From Adineta vaga (Eukaryota > Animalia > Rotifera), in assembly GCA_021613535.1 (NCBI GenBank), contig CP075492.1, positions 1,736,001 through 1,800,000 on the forward strand: a stretch of DNA of 64,000 nucleotides, in the 5' to 3' direction. Within the stretch, counting starts at the first letter, position 1, and each line of letters begins with the position of its first letter. Of the stretch, positions 38,051 to 49,576 are shown piece after piece. Made by a program: the position numbers and the translations under genes. The notes beneath the pieces are model-generated. The model was given only the letters and a program-made list of their open reading frames with translations. It was not told the DNA's origin and did not search any database.

Positions 38051-38507
38051 CACTAGAAACGAGAATTATCAAGTGCATCTCTATGTTTATTACGCTAAAC
38101 GTGCTTCATGTCGTCTATGTTAACCTATACCGTTCCTACTAAGATGTTTGAAACAAAACTAAAGATGATTCTATAGTTCACGATTGAAAATATTAATCAA
38201 CGCCTTAAAGCTTATGCTATTCTTGGTGGTGTTTATAGAGGACCTGTTGACGATTTTGATAAAATAACTAAAATCATACAAGTTGTTGCTGCTTTATACA
38301 ACTTAAAACTAAATAAACATCCTATTCGTAGATAGATAACATGATAAACTGTATCATCTTATTAATTGTTTGAGAATGAAACTATAGAATCATCCTTAGT
38401 TTTGTTTCAAACCTCTTAGTATGGACAGTATAGGTTAACATAGACGACATGAAGCACGTTTAGCGCAACAAACAGAGAGATGCACTTGATAATTCTCGTT
38501 TCTAGTG
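38051..38507. mobile_element. Foldback/MITE with ~130-bp TIRs (CACTAGAAACGAG) enclosing a transposase C-terminal fragment
   Basis: Arms 38051-~38179 and ~38380-38507 are inverted copies; AT flanks; the interior 38180-38335 encodes TIENINQRLKAYAIL...IIQVVAALYNL...HPIRR*. Confidence 0.8.
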
Positions 38508-38762
38508 ATATATAAATTTCAAATAGTGACAGATGAATAGCATTAGATATGTAGTATAAATGGTTAAAAAAATCAGCTTTTTCTAATGCGTAAATGAAAA
38601 AATTAATACTGGGGTACCACTCAAATTGTTCACCCCCATATTTATAAAAATAAAAAGGTCACTGAATTAAAATTGATAGCAGCAATCTAGATTATATTTT
38701 ATATTCAGGAACTTTTTTCTTATGTAAATCATACCAATTTTTTTTATAATATTAAAGTCCAA

Positions 38763-38833
38763 CGAAGGGAGAAAAGGTGAGACTTCCGTACTCTCGGAGT
38801 ACACACTCCAGGAGTCTCGCTTTCTCCTCCTTG
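38763..38833. mobile_element. 71-bp MITE, 7-bp TSD AGTCCAA
   Basis: ggagaaaaggtgagact / agtctcgctttctcc inverted arms; agtccaa at 38756-38762 and 38834-38840. Confidence 0.7.
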
Positions 38834-38869
38834 AGTCCAATCCTTCACAGGGTCCTCTAGTATAATTAA

Positions 38870-39135
38870 ATTGACTTCAAATACAAACAATAATCTTTTT
38901 TTTTCTTAAGAAATCCTTTCCTTAGCCAAAAAACTCGTCACAAAAATTTCAAAAAACTGATAACAGATTCGAATTTTTCACCTTCGAACATCTGTAGGCA
39001 AATTTTATAAAAAATCATTTTTTTCATAAAATAGCCTTCCTTTCACCCAAAAAATGAACGTAATAAAATTTTGAAAAACTAATCACGGCTTCAGATTCTC
39101 CACCCCTGAAAACCTTTCATCAAACTTTATACAAA
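38870..39135 (-). repeat. Inverted copy of the ~126-bp Helitron-internal repeat
   Basis: cagattcgaa/cagattctc motifs about 128 bp apart, reverse complement of the units at 42100-42810. Confidence 0.5.
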
Positions 39136-40023
39136 TTAGGATAGAACTAAGGGTTTAATGGTAGAAATAAAGGATCATATATAGAATTGTATAGAGTTCA
39201 GGATTAGAAACCGAAACAATGTATTAGACATAGCATTACTCAGTAGTACTAGACTAAGTGAGCTAGATGGACTGATACTCGCACCCGTACCGATGATCTA
39301 ACATTTGAAATTCCAGATGAAGTGCGCTTCATGTAAAAATTTTATGTTGTTATGTACTTGAAAAATGAGGAGAATCGATTATATCTTCTCTTCGATCAAT
39401 TTAAGTATACAAGTGGACCACTCGTATATTTAAGAATTTTTTAGAAGTTCTTAAAGAACTATAGGACATTTTTCTTATGAATTATTTTAGAAATTCATAG
39501 TGATACCCGATTCAACGGTATACGTATTCAAAAAAATTGGTACTGGTACTCGTACTCGTACTCGACTTGTAATCGAGAAATCCCGTACTTGCCCAGCTCT
39601 GGCCTCCATCTCCTAAGACATTTGTTTGAGTTTAATTGAGTTTTGAAAAATAATGAAGGTTCACATTTCTCCTATAATAAGATTATCGAAAACAAGACAG
39701 TTTCATCCGTAAATTTCATGAAGATCGTCTATTTGCAGAACTTTCAAGTTTCTTTATATCACGTCCTATGTTTAAAATATCTTAAACAATAAGACAAAGA
39801 CGATAGTTCTAATACTGCTTAAAACGAATCGTATGGTTAGACATTCTGACAACAGATTGGAGGTGTAGTTTACTGTCACCGTTGGTAAAGATGTTTATTG
39901 AACTACTTCGAAATAAAACACATACTTATATAGGTGAGAGAAGGAGATAGTTCATAAGATCAATGAAAATGAAGAAATAAAGACGGACAAGAGTTTCTGT
40001 TATAGAGATAATGTTCATTTTTC

Positions 40024-40836
40024 TTAAGAAACAGGGTCCACTCCCTTGACGCTTTTTTCCTTCTTGAGATATAGACCCGGATGAAAAATATTAAAAGCAG
40101 TCAGTGCGATGATCATTGGAAGACCATCCAGACATGCAAAAAACACTTCATGAGTAATAATATAACCAGTCCAACCGTCCAACAATTCGACTGTTCGATA
40201 AATACAACGAATAAAGATCATCAAAGTAATAACACTCATGCCAGTGAGAAAGATTTTCATATTTCGGGCTAGTTGTACCTTTTCTTTTGTTAGCCGGAGC
40301 ATGTAGATGATCACAAGCAACACATATACTGTCATGCTGAACATTTGAAAACATATACCTGCGACCATAATGTGTGTTCCATCGGTCGTGTCGCTATTAC
40401 TTGTGGCGGCATCGGCAGCTTTTCCTCCACCGATTGATTGTACAATGAGAGAGATTAAGTCAGCAATAACAAAAATAATAGTATACCATTTTGGTGCTAA
40501 GATAGAGTATTGGCGTCCGGTAATATGAACTATCTGACCGAAAACAACATAGAGAGCGGCCGAGAAGAACGATGGTGCAATTATAAGTGTAACAGTCTGC
40601 GCAAGAAAAGCATCAAGATTAGAATCATCATGCCATGAGTAGATGCGTGCTGAATAACCAATGATTTCTGTTATTCCACCGATTACTAACACAATCAGCC
40701 ACCAACTGCGAAATATCCACAGCTGGTAAACATGAACCATACTAGAAAGCGTAAACAGCGTTACACCTACAATGCCAATGCCCAATGACGGCTGATACCC
40801 GTATTGAGAATCATCAGTTGCATTACCTGATGACAT
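40024..40836 (-). CDS. RTA1-like (fungal Rta1/Rsb1 family) 7-TM protein, intronless
   Basis: YGYQPS, EIIGYSAR, IIAPSFFSAALY, F...DLISL.VQSIGGG, IRCIYRTVEL..GW.GY...HE..F..LDG.P, HPG. Confidence 0.92.
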   Translation of the reverse strand: MSSGNATDDSQYGYQPSLGIGIVGVTLFTLSSMVHVYQLWIFRSWWLIVLVIGGITEIIGYSARIYSWHDDSNLDAFLAQTVTLIIAPSFFSAALYVVFGQIVHITGRQYSILAPKWYTIIFVIADLISLIVQSIGGGKAADAATSNSDTTDGTHIMVAGICFQMFSMTVYVLLVIIYMLRLTKEKVQLARNMKIFLTGMSVITLMIFIRCIYRTVELLDGWTGYIITHEVFFACLDGLPMIIALTAFNIFHPGLYLKKEKSVKGVDPVS

Positions 40837-41600
40837 TTTTACAGAAGTAATCTTGTGTATTTGAAAGCGCTGGTAGAAATAATTTTTGTTGGAATCCTTT
40901 TAAGAACTGTTTTTTCGTGTTGTTTAGTTCATTTCACCAACGATATGCTGTTTTTTTTATTCAAATGAGCCACTATAATAAAATATATGTTCACCCAATG
41001 TAGTTTGCTATCTGACGCCGATTTGACCGTTTTTCTGTGAATCAATACTTGAAAAAAACAAGCGATATAGGAACTATTAATTATGCGTCAATTAATTAAT
41101 GTTTGATTAAAATACTTTTGGAGCTTTTTCTTTAATCTACATATAACATATAGGATATTTGATAAAATCTCTATAAAATATTATCAGACTTTACTGTCAA
41201 AATTTATAATCAGAAAATCGTTTATCAAGTCAGTTAACGTGTGATTCTCACTGCCAAACCTTTGAATCTTTATCTTCAAGACATACGAATAGGGTTATAA
41301 ATGATAATGGTCATTGGCCAATCTATGTCGATCCCATATGGATTTGTTTCGAGTTTTTGGAAGTTTTTCTCTTAAAAATTGCTCATAATCGTGTATCATT
41401 ACAAATCAAGCGTATTTTCCAATGTCGAACAAACTCAAAGTAGATGATCATCTTTCCATGCAGCTGAATACATTATTTCCTAAGCAAGCGTTTACTATTT
41501 AGATGAATCATCTACTTTATTCTGGATGACAAAAATGCTTTTTAACCACCTCGTTCCAAAATAGAAGATCATACGATGGTAAATCGACTACAATATCTAG

Positions 41601-41701
41601 GAGGGGTGACACTTTCTCTCTTTTTTACTTTCAAAAAGGAAAGGAAAGGAAAGTTTTCACTTTCCATTCTTTTAGAAAAGAAAGTAAAAGTGCCACCCCT
41701 A
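41601..41701. mobile_element. hAT-type MITE (TAGGGGTGGCACTTT ends); a solo related end at ~59490-59506
   Basis: gaggggtgacacttt...aaagtgccaccccta; flanks atatctag/atgtctcg (6/8 TSD match). Confidence 0.6.
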
Positions 41702-41977
41702 ATGTCTCGTAAAGAAAAAGAATCATAGTACCTATGGCTCACCTACAAAAATATCACCATTACCAATTTTGAAGATAGGTCTATTTTCAAATTTTAAACA
41801 ATATATGATCTCTCACGTTTCTAGATAAAATGTAAACATGAATCGACCAAATAGTATAGTTTTGTAATCTAGGAAGAACTATATCGACTGAACCAAAATG
41901 CTCAATACAATTGTTAGGAAATGAACTATGTTTTCTTTTTCTTTTTTTTCTTTCTTTCTTTCTTTTCTTTCTCTTAT

Positions 41978-44059
41978 TCTCTTTCTCGTAGAGAAGAGTC
42001 TTAGAAACATAAATTGTTTGCTTGTTTGCTTGTATGTCCGCAGGGTCAAAAAAACATCGAAAATCGATCTTTCCGAAAAGACGTTTCCAGAGGTATTTCA
42101 ATGCGGAGAATTCGAATCTGATGTTTATTTTTTGAAATTTTTCATAAAAAAATATTTTTTTTAAAGACAAAGGACCATTTTTTTATGAAAAAACTTTTTT
42201 TTATAAAAACTGACGAAAGGGTTTTATGGGTTGAGGAACTCGAATATGATGTCAGCTCTTTGAAATATTTTATAAAAAGTATTTTTTTAGACAAAGGATC
42301 ATTTTTTTACGAAAAAAGTTTCTTTTTATAAAATTTGCCCAAAAACATTTTTGGGTCGAGGAGTTCGAATCTGATGTTAGTTTTTCGAAATTTGTATAAA
42401 AAAAACAATTTTTCAGACAAAGGGCCATTTTTTTATCAAAAAATTATTTTTTTTTATAAAATTTGACAAAAGAGCTTTTTGGGTAGAGGGTTTCAAATCT
42501 GCTGTCAGTTTTTTGAAATTTTCCAAAACAAATTTTTTTTTTCACAAATGACTGTTTTTTACAAAAAAATGTTTTTGTCATAAAACTTGACCAAGTGATT
42601 TTTGGGGTCGATAAACTCGAATCAGACGTTATTTTTTTGAAATTTTTCGATGGATCAACTTTTTTTAGCAAATGACCACTTTTTTACAAAAAATTTTTTT
42701 TTATAAAAATCGATCGAAGGGATTTTTGGGTCCGAGAGGACAATTCTGAGGTTAGTTTTCTGAAAATTAAAAACAAATTTTTCAAACGAAGGATACCGAT
42801 TTTCAGAAAAATGGTTATAACCTGTATGATACCGAGTATATTCAAGTGTATAAGCATGATGAATACAATATTGTGTTCAGTGTCTGGTTATGTAATAATT
42901 AGTAATTAACTTTCACAAACGAGTTTTGAAATAACGTCCATCTATCAGATAATAAGACCGAGCTTCTACCCGGCCTCTTACCCTTCGTACCCAACATGCC
43001 TGTACTTCTCACCGATAACATTGCCTGTGAACTAGGACTTTCGAATGGTACTCAAGGAATTTTTCGAGAGCTCGTATACGATGATCAGGAGGCTTCGAGC
43101 GATTTCAAGATAAAAAGCGAAGTCTTTCCCTCAAATACGATCTACATACGAAAGCTATTATATGCGCTTGTAGAAATTAATACGTCACAAATAGAAACAA
43201 ATCTTGATGGCCTTCCTCCAAAACTAATTCCTATTCCATTAATCAAAAAGCGATTCACTGTTCCTATAAAGCAACTTTTCGGGCATCTACTTGACCGAGT
43301 GCAAAGTGGGAGAAAAATTCCACAAGTCATTCAAGTTACAAGAACGCAACTACCAATTGTACCTGCCTTCGCTATAACTACATACAAGGCGCAAGGACTC
43401 ACAATGAACAAAATCGTAGTCGATCTTCAAGTTCCGCCTGGGACACTGCAAGTGGCATCGATATATGTACCACTCAGTAGAGTAAAGAGAGGAGAAGATG
43501 TAGTCATTCTTCGACCTTTTGATATGAAGGTTTTACAAGTTCGACCCTCTCTTGCTCAAGACGCTGAATTGAAACGCCTAGATGAACTTGACAAAAAGAC
43601 AAAACGAGAATGTACGTTTTCCGTTTTTTAAACGTGTATAAATTGATACTTGGTAAGAGTGTCGGGTTATTTCAAGTATATAAAACGTACTATCATTTTT
43701 CAAATACTCTGAAAATAATTATTTGTATATGTTCTTTTTTCTTACCTTTCTTTACATTTATTTTAATGATTGTAGTAATTGTTTCTTTTCTCTCATCGTA
43801 TCAGATATTTCCGATCGTGTTTTCTTAGTTTCTTTTTTGATGTAATAGCTCATAACGTTCTCAACTGTATTGACATTTATTTAGAATATCTGATTCTCTC
43901 TTTAACATTTAGTATAAATATCATTGCTACTTTTGTGAAAATATCTAATCCACACTGAAAATAAACTAATATACACAATAACAGCTTTAAAATGTAATAT
44001 CTGAAAGCAAGATTTCTACGAGAAAGAGCTGAGCGAGTCACTAGACGAGCGTTACTTGT
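41978..44059 (+). mobile_element. Internally deleted Helitron: ~6 x ~126-bp tandem repeats (42100-42810) plus PIF1 helicase C-terminus
   Basis: tgtttgcttgtttgcttgtatgtccg 5' region; repeat anchor tcgaatctg at 42112/42240/42365/42493/42617/42740; GC-rich 3' end before CTTG|T. Boundaries are approximate. Confidence 0.65.
42950..43631 (+). pseudogene. PIF1-like (Helitron) helicase C-terminal exon
   Basis: MPVLLTDNI..ELGLSNGTQG, RTQLPIVPAFAITTYKAQGLT, YVPLSRVK. Confidence 0.85.
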
Positions 44060-44611
44060 TTCATTAACTATATGTATAATACGTTCAAGATATTTAGTTG
44101 TATCAAGATTTATATATTCTTCTGCTAAATTTAATACAGATATACAATAATTTTCAGGAGGTCGTGCACCGCCATTATATTCACAAAAAAGTTCATTAGA
44201 TGAACAATGACTACCTGAACAATTGAGTTCATCAAGACCATTTAAACAAGTTGAATATTGATTACATCGAGTATAAGGATTATTACATGGCCATAAATAA
44301 CAATCACTTTCATCTGTATCGATTTTGTTATAATAATCATATGGTAAATCTTCTTGACCATCACAAAAATATCCAAATAAAAATTTCTTATGTAATTCAT
44401 TACTTCTCTTTTGTAAATTCGAAAGAATTCTTCTTTCATCTCGAGTTGTTTCAAAACAATTTCTAAAAATATTTGGAAAAATATTTTCAAGTGAAAACCA
44501 CATTTTAATTATTGTATGAGTTATATTAATTTCATTACAACAATGAAGACCATTATGTATTCCAATATCTATTGAACAAGATAAATATTTTGGACATCGA
44601 GATGCATTAAA
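44060..44611 (-). pseudogene. Internal fragment of an LDLa-repeat receptor-like gene, isolated between Helitron and hAT
   Basis: FCDGQEDL...DTDESDC..WPCNNPYTRCN...CLNGLDELNC. Confidence 0.65.
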
Positions 44612-47600
44612 TAGGGATGTGCGGCGTCAGTGACAATACTGAAAAAAACTGAAACTGTTACACTGATACTCTCGGTGCACTGATAATGCCAGTGACACTG
44701 ATTTCACTGACATCTTATAATTAATTTGTTTGCTACGTTGTATAGTAAACAATGGTTAGAATAACAAAAAAGCGTTCATAAGTCAGATGCCTTTGGTTTT
44801 CAAGAGATAAATCAAAGTTTTATTACAGAGACATAACAAAAAAAGCTATCATCGAAGAATTTTATAAAAAATAATTATCACATCTTCGGCAAAAAACATG
44901 GCTTAATGTAAATTGCGAGAAAGACAGTTGTGGACTAGACAAAGAAATCTGTCTTTCAACAATTGAAATTCACGAAAAGTAGATGTAGGAAGTAATAAAA
45001 CAAATAATAGAATAGATATAATCAAAGATATACAAAAAGATAAAAATAAAATAGGTTGATAAAATAGTTTTCAAGTGAATATCGTCCATATTGCATTTAA
45101 GAGCAGAAGAGAGAAGAAACAAGAACAAAACAGCTAAAAACATTTTGATTTCAAAAACTTATTTTGTCCTTTAAAAAAACACATAAAGAAAGATTATCAC
45201 CACTAAGAGCTGCACGTTCTTTCCTACCCAAAAATGAAGAAATACTAAAACAGCTCTCACTCGGCACAGAGGTGCCAGGTGTACTGAGCATTCTATTTGC
45301 GAGTATTTTCAAATTTGGAATTGATTCACCATATATTTTCCAAAATTTAATTGCAGATGCTGATTCACATTTATGATTTGGATTAAAATGACCAACATTT
45401 TTACGCTAATTGTGAAGTTCTTCAATGACCACCGCTTTTTTATGTCGATCAGATTGATTTCCTTCGTATAAAATTTCACCAATTGAATCATTAAACATAT
45501 CCATCGCACTTTTTGAATTCATAGTTGAATCTGGTTTATTTAGTGATTCACCTGTTGTTGTTGCTATTGCGGCAGTTAAACTAATTGGTGATGTTTCTGT
45601 TATCGATGTTGATGCATTTAATAATTCATCAGTTACAGTTCTTTTAATGTTGTGTTCTATTGATCGTTTTTCACTATCAATAAGTGTTGCATATCCTGCT
45701 GGATTAAAGTACGAGTGGAACTAAAAATTACAAATCATAATTTAAGATAAATCGTCGACGAAAATTAGAACAATGATGCGTATCAATAGTTATTTAATTT
45801 ATAATTACTCACTTTTAATAATTCCATTTGTTCATGATCATTTTCGAAATAATGAAGATATTGTTTGAGTAATAATTGTTTGAGTTTTTTCACAAATAAA
45901 TTTTCCTTTTTCGAATGATTTTGTAAAAAATTTCTTGTACGTATAAGTAAATTAAAAGTCAATCGAATTGATGGATATTCGCGACCAGACATCACTCCGG
46001 TGGCATGATAGAATGGTTTCAGAACATAGTGTAATGCCATTAACGTATTCCAATCATCACCACTTAATTCATAACTAGAAAGCTTTTCAATTTGTTTTGA
46101 TATGATTTTTAAATCATGTTTAAAATAGAATAAATTTTGAACAAGTTCTCGGAGAACTATGAAAGAATCAATCATAACATATGTGCTGTTCCATCGAGAT
46201 TTAATATCATTACATAAATTTCTTTTGATATTTTTCTTTTTTCGTTCTGTATCAAAGAATAATGTGATCACTGTTGAGCGTTTTACCATTGATACCAATG
46301 CACGACATTTTTTCAATACACCTATAATAAGTTCTTGTTCATAAACAATATCAAAACTTGCATCAACAGCATCATTTGTCCAATTTTCTTCAATTTTTTC
46401 ATTGCTATCATTGGATAATAAATCTTCTTCATCAGAATCATAATGTTCTTCTGCTTCATCATTATCTGAATCGTTAATAAAAGGATGTTGATTCACTTCA
46501 ACGAGTTCATCGGTATCAGAATCATTATCTGAATAAGCAATATCTTCGGTTCCATTTTGTTGATTATTCGACGTCGTAATTGAACTATCTAAGACAAAGA
46601 AAAGTATATGTTCACATTTATTGAAGCATAATCATCTACTTCTGTGAACTGCTCATCAAAGATTTACGTATTATATATTGATAAATAAGAATAAAAAATT
46701 GTACGACCGATTAGCTTTTTCAATTACTGTTTTAGTAAGAAGATCGGAAGATTCTTGAAAATAAGTCAACCTCAATATAAAATTTTTATTTTACTTTGAC
46801 TCAAATATGAGGATAAAAAAATGATTACTAGAATTTTGATAAAATATTTTTCTACTTTTATTACACCTATCATCCGTTCGTTTTATTCATGTGATGAAAG
46901 GTTAAATACAAAAGTTATGATTACTTTGTCAAAATGTTGGTGTATTATTTCCATTATCAATTTTTTTCACCTTCCAAAAACCAAATCCATTTGTAATACA
47001 AAGATGAAGTCGATGTGCGATACACCAGATATGATCCACATTTGAATGTAAATCAAGAATTGCACGTACTACATTTTTTCCACCATCACAGGTCACTCGA
47101 ATAACTTTATGTAATACATTAAGTTCTTTTAATTTCATTTCCAATACTCGACGAATATCGACAGCTTTATGATGAGTATTAAATGTTGAGAAGTTTAAAA
47201 CTGTTGATTTTAATTCAAAATCATTCGAAGGGAAGTAATGACCAGTAATTACTAAAAATGAACGCATATGTCTGTTGCTCCACAAATCCAAAGTTATCGA
47301 TATATCATTAATAGATGCTAATTCATCAAATAATTTATTGAAGTAAAATTTATGAAGATGCTTCAGACGACGAACTACTGTATATCGAGTGGGTGGTTCA
47401 TAACCTATACAAAAACAAGATAGAAAAATAGAAATACTGACAAAGTAACTAAATGTCATAATCGTTACTATTGCTTATTAATTAACACACAATTTCTTAT
47501 ACTGAATTTAATATTTATAGATTAATTATTTAAATATACTAACCTGGTATTATTTGTTGCAAAGCAAATTTCAATCCCATCTTCTGGAGATCGTTAAATG

Positions 47601-48480
47601 TTCTCCCATCACGTATTATGCATTTAATGAAAAGTTCATGGAAACGCTGCATTTTTTCATCACTAATTGAGGATGCAACACGTTTACGTTTATCACCAAG
47701 AAGTATTAATTCATGCAAATGATGCTTTGATATCAAATGTTTTCGTAGCGTAGATGTTGATCCATTGTTTGTTGAAATTTTTTTATCATCCGAACACAAT
47801 AAACATATTGAAAAATTAGAATTCGGACAACGTGTGGCATATTGCCACACCTTTGATGTTACAACGACACCATCTTTTGAAGTTTTTGATTTATTGTTAA
47901 TATGATTCATATTCCCATCATCATCAGTGGCAAATTCATCAGCTTGAGAACTATGATCTTTTTCGGATGTTATTGTAGTGGTATTGGATAAAAATGACGT
48001 TGTTCGATTCGAATGTTTTCCATTGCTGCTTGCTTCATTTTCGGATCGGTTTGTAATGGAGATATTACTAAGATTTTTCAAAATTGATTTGGAAGTCATG
48101 TTTGTTTGATGTTGCAGACGAAATGAATGATTTAATAAGCAAGGCAATGAAATAAAATTTTAATTGATATTGAAGATATTGAATATTTGCACACGAAATT
48201 TGTTGGTGTTGAACTATTTGTAAGTAGAAAAGCACATGTATTTATACTAAGACGATGTTTCGAGGGCATAAAGCAAAGAAATGAATATAAAGAAGATAAT
48301 AATATAATCGAACGCAATATCACTCGAAAGAATGCAGTGTGTATAAGATCAAGGCAAGAGATCAGGAGTGAAAGAGTAAAGAGAGGACGCCAAGAGAATA
48401 TATTTCTAGGGAAATGTATATATATATATATATATATATAAAGAAACAGAAACAAAAACAAAGTAATACTAAACAAGTGG
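44612..48480 (-). mobile_element. hAT transposon with defective multi-exon transposase (~48100-45160)
   Basis: TAGGGATGTG terminus at 44612 with cactga repeats; BED finger (VWQY...CLLC...STSTLRKHL); DLWS; CDGGKN; CIAHRLHL; RWNSTY; dimerisation PGTSVPSESCFS. In-frame TAG near 45407. The other terminus was not found. Confidence 0.88.
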
Positions 48481-48692
48481 TGAAGTATACAAAGTCCATC
48501 AGATAATCTTAATAAATAAAATTTTGCGAATTCTGTTATAAAGTTAAATATTTGGTCGATTCATTCGTGAAAGAAATATGAAAATTACATTTAACAGACT
48601 GCCCAGCTAATCTAGTCCCTCGACCAATAAAACTATTCGACATAGTCCATTAATTCGTATGAAAGATGTTACGATGTTCCGCTTAAGAACTA

Positions 48693-48784
48693 CACTGAAA
48701 AAAAAACTCGATGAATGATAAACCTATAAAGCGTTTATCAAAATGCAACGTATAATATACCCTTTTTAACCGTTTCTCACAGTG
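48693..48784. mobile_element. Possible short CACTG...CAGTG MITE
   Basis: cactgaaaaaa...tttctcacagtg. Confidence 0.35.
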
Positions 48785-48816
48785 TGCTATACCCTTTTAT
48801 CTACCTTTTAGATATA

Positions 48817-48869
48817 GGGTGGGTGTGGGTGTAGGTCAAGCTATACTCTTAACCCACACCCACACCCAC
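48817..48869. repeat. Telomere-like cassette #15 (spacer class C)
   Basis: agggtgggtgtgggtgta-ggtcaagctatactcttaa-cccacacccacacccac. Confidence 0.9.
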
Positions 48870-48870
48870 G

Positions 48871-49179
48871 GTGCTGGAATATACATATATTACTCCATCG
48901 ATCAATTATGCTACTCATCCAAGATATGCGGAAGTGAAGCTAATTGAAGCATCTACTAGAAAAAAGTTCTTTAAATCTGGTAAATAGATGCAGTTTGTTC
49001 TCGAGTGGGTGGTTGACCCTCATGGCAAACCTGTCGTTGACTTCAACGATCCTACCGCTTCGATTGTCTGCACAGGAATCTTAACACGTATTAAGGATGA
49101 GCATCCCGGTCTTTTAGCTGAATCAGAATGGTGGTATAGATTACATCTATGTCGCCGCAAAAACATTGCTGCATGTTAG
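48871..49179 (+). pseudogene. ART-like (NEURL4 C-terminal-like) domain fragment beginning at cassette #15
   Basis: ITPSINYATHPRYA...GK*MQFVLE-WVV...IVCTGILTR; in-frame stop and probable internal deletion. Confidence 0.5.
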
Positions 49180-49576
49180 CGATGCATTATAACACTCTGA
49201 TTGAACAGAAACAGCGTGGTTATATATGCAATGTTCTCTTCACTGATTAAATCGATAAACATACTCTCTTTCCTTTTGCATTTTTTCATCTCATAAAACT
49301 TTTCTCCTATTATATATCGGCCTTCATTGAATACAGAATTCCCGATTCTGTCTTTGTATTCTTTCGTCTATTAGTGATGAAATTACAATAAAGAGAACGT
49401 GGTTAGTAACCACTATTATATTCTGACAATCATAGCGTCTTTCTCTTTCATCGGTGTTGTCGCGATTCATGTTTTTTCTTTCCTTTTATCGCTTTCTGAT
49501 GCAATATTGTAATTGCGTCAGAATGAAGTAAGACACTCACTCCTCGTGATTCACATGATCATACATTAGAATCTTG

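Noticed and set aside
35062-39601. Single hAT element from CAGAGATGGGC (35062) to GCCCAGCTCTG (39601)
   Set aside because: Flanks cctcagag and gcctccat do not form a TSD and the subterminal repeats differ (ggttc vs gtactc); probably ends of two different elements.
20090-40836. Bacterial or fungal contaminant contig as the source of the foreign-type genes
   Set aside because: The foreign-type genes are interleaved with intron-containing animal genes and TEs, and DUF2383 (probably also CocE) has a spliceosomal intron.
41787-42671. Lys/Phe-rich ORFs
   Set aside because: They are translations of A/T-run tandem repeats, with no protein motifs.
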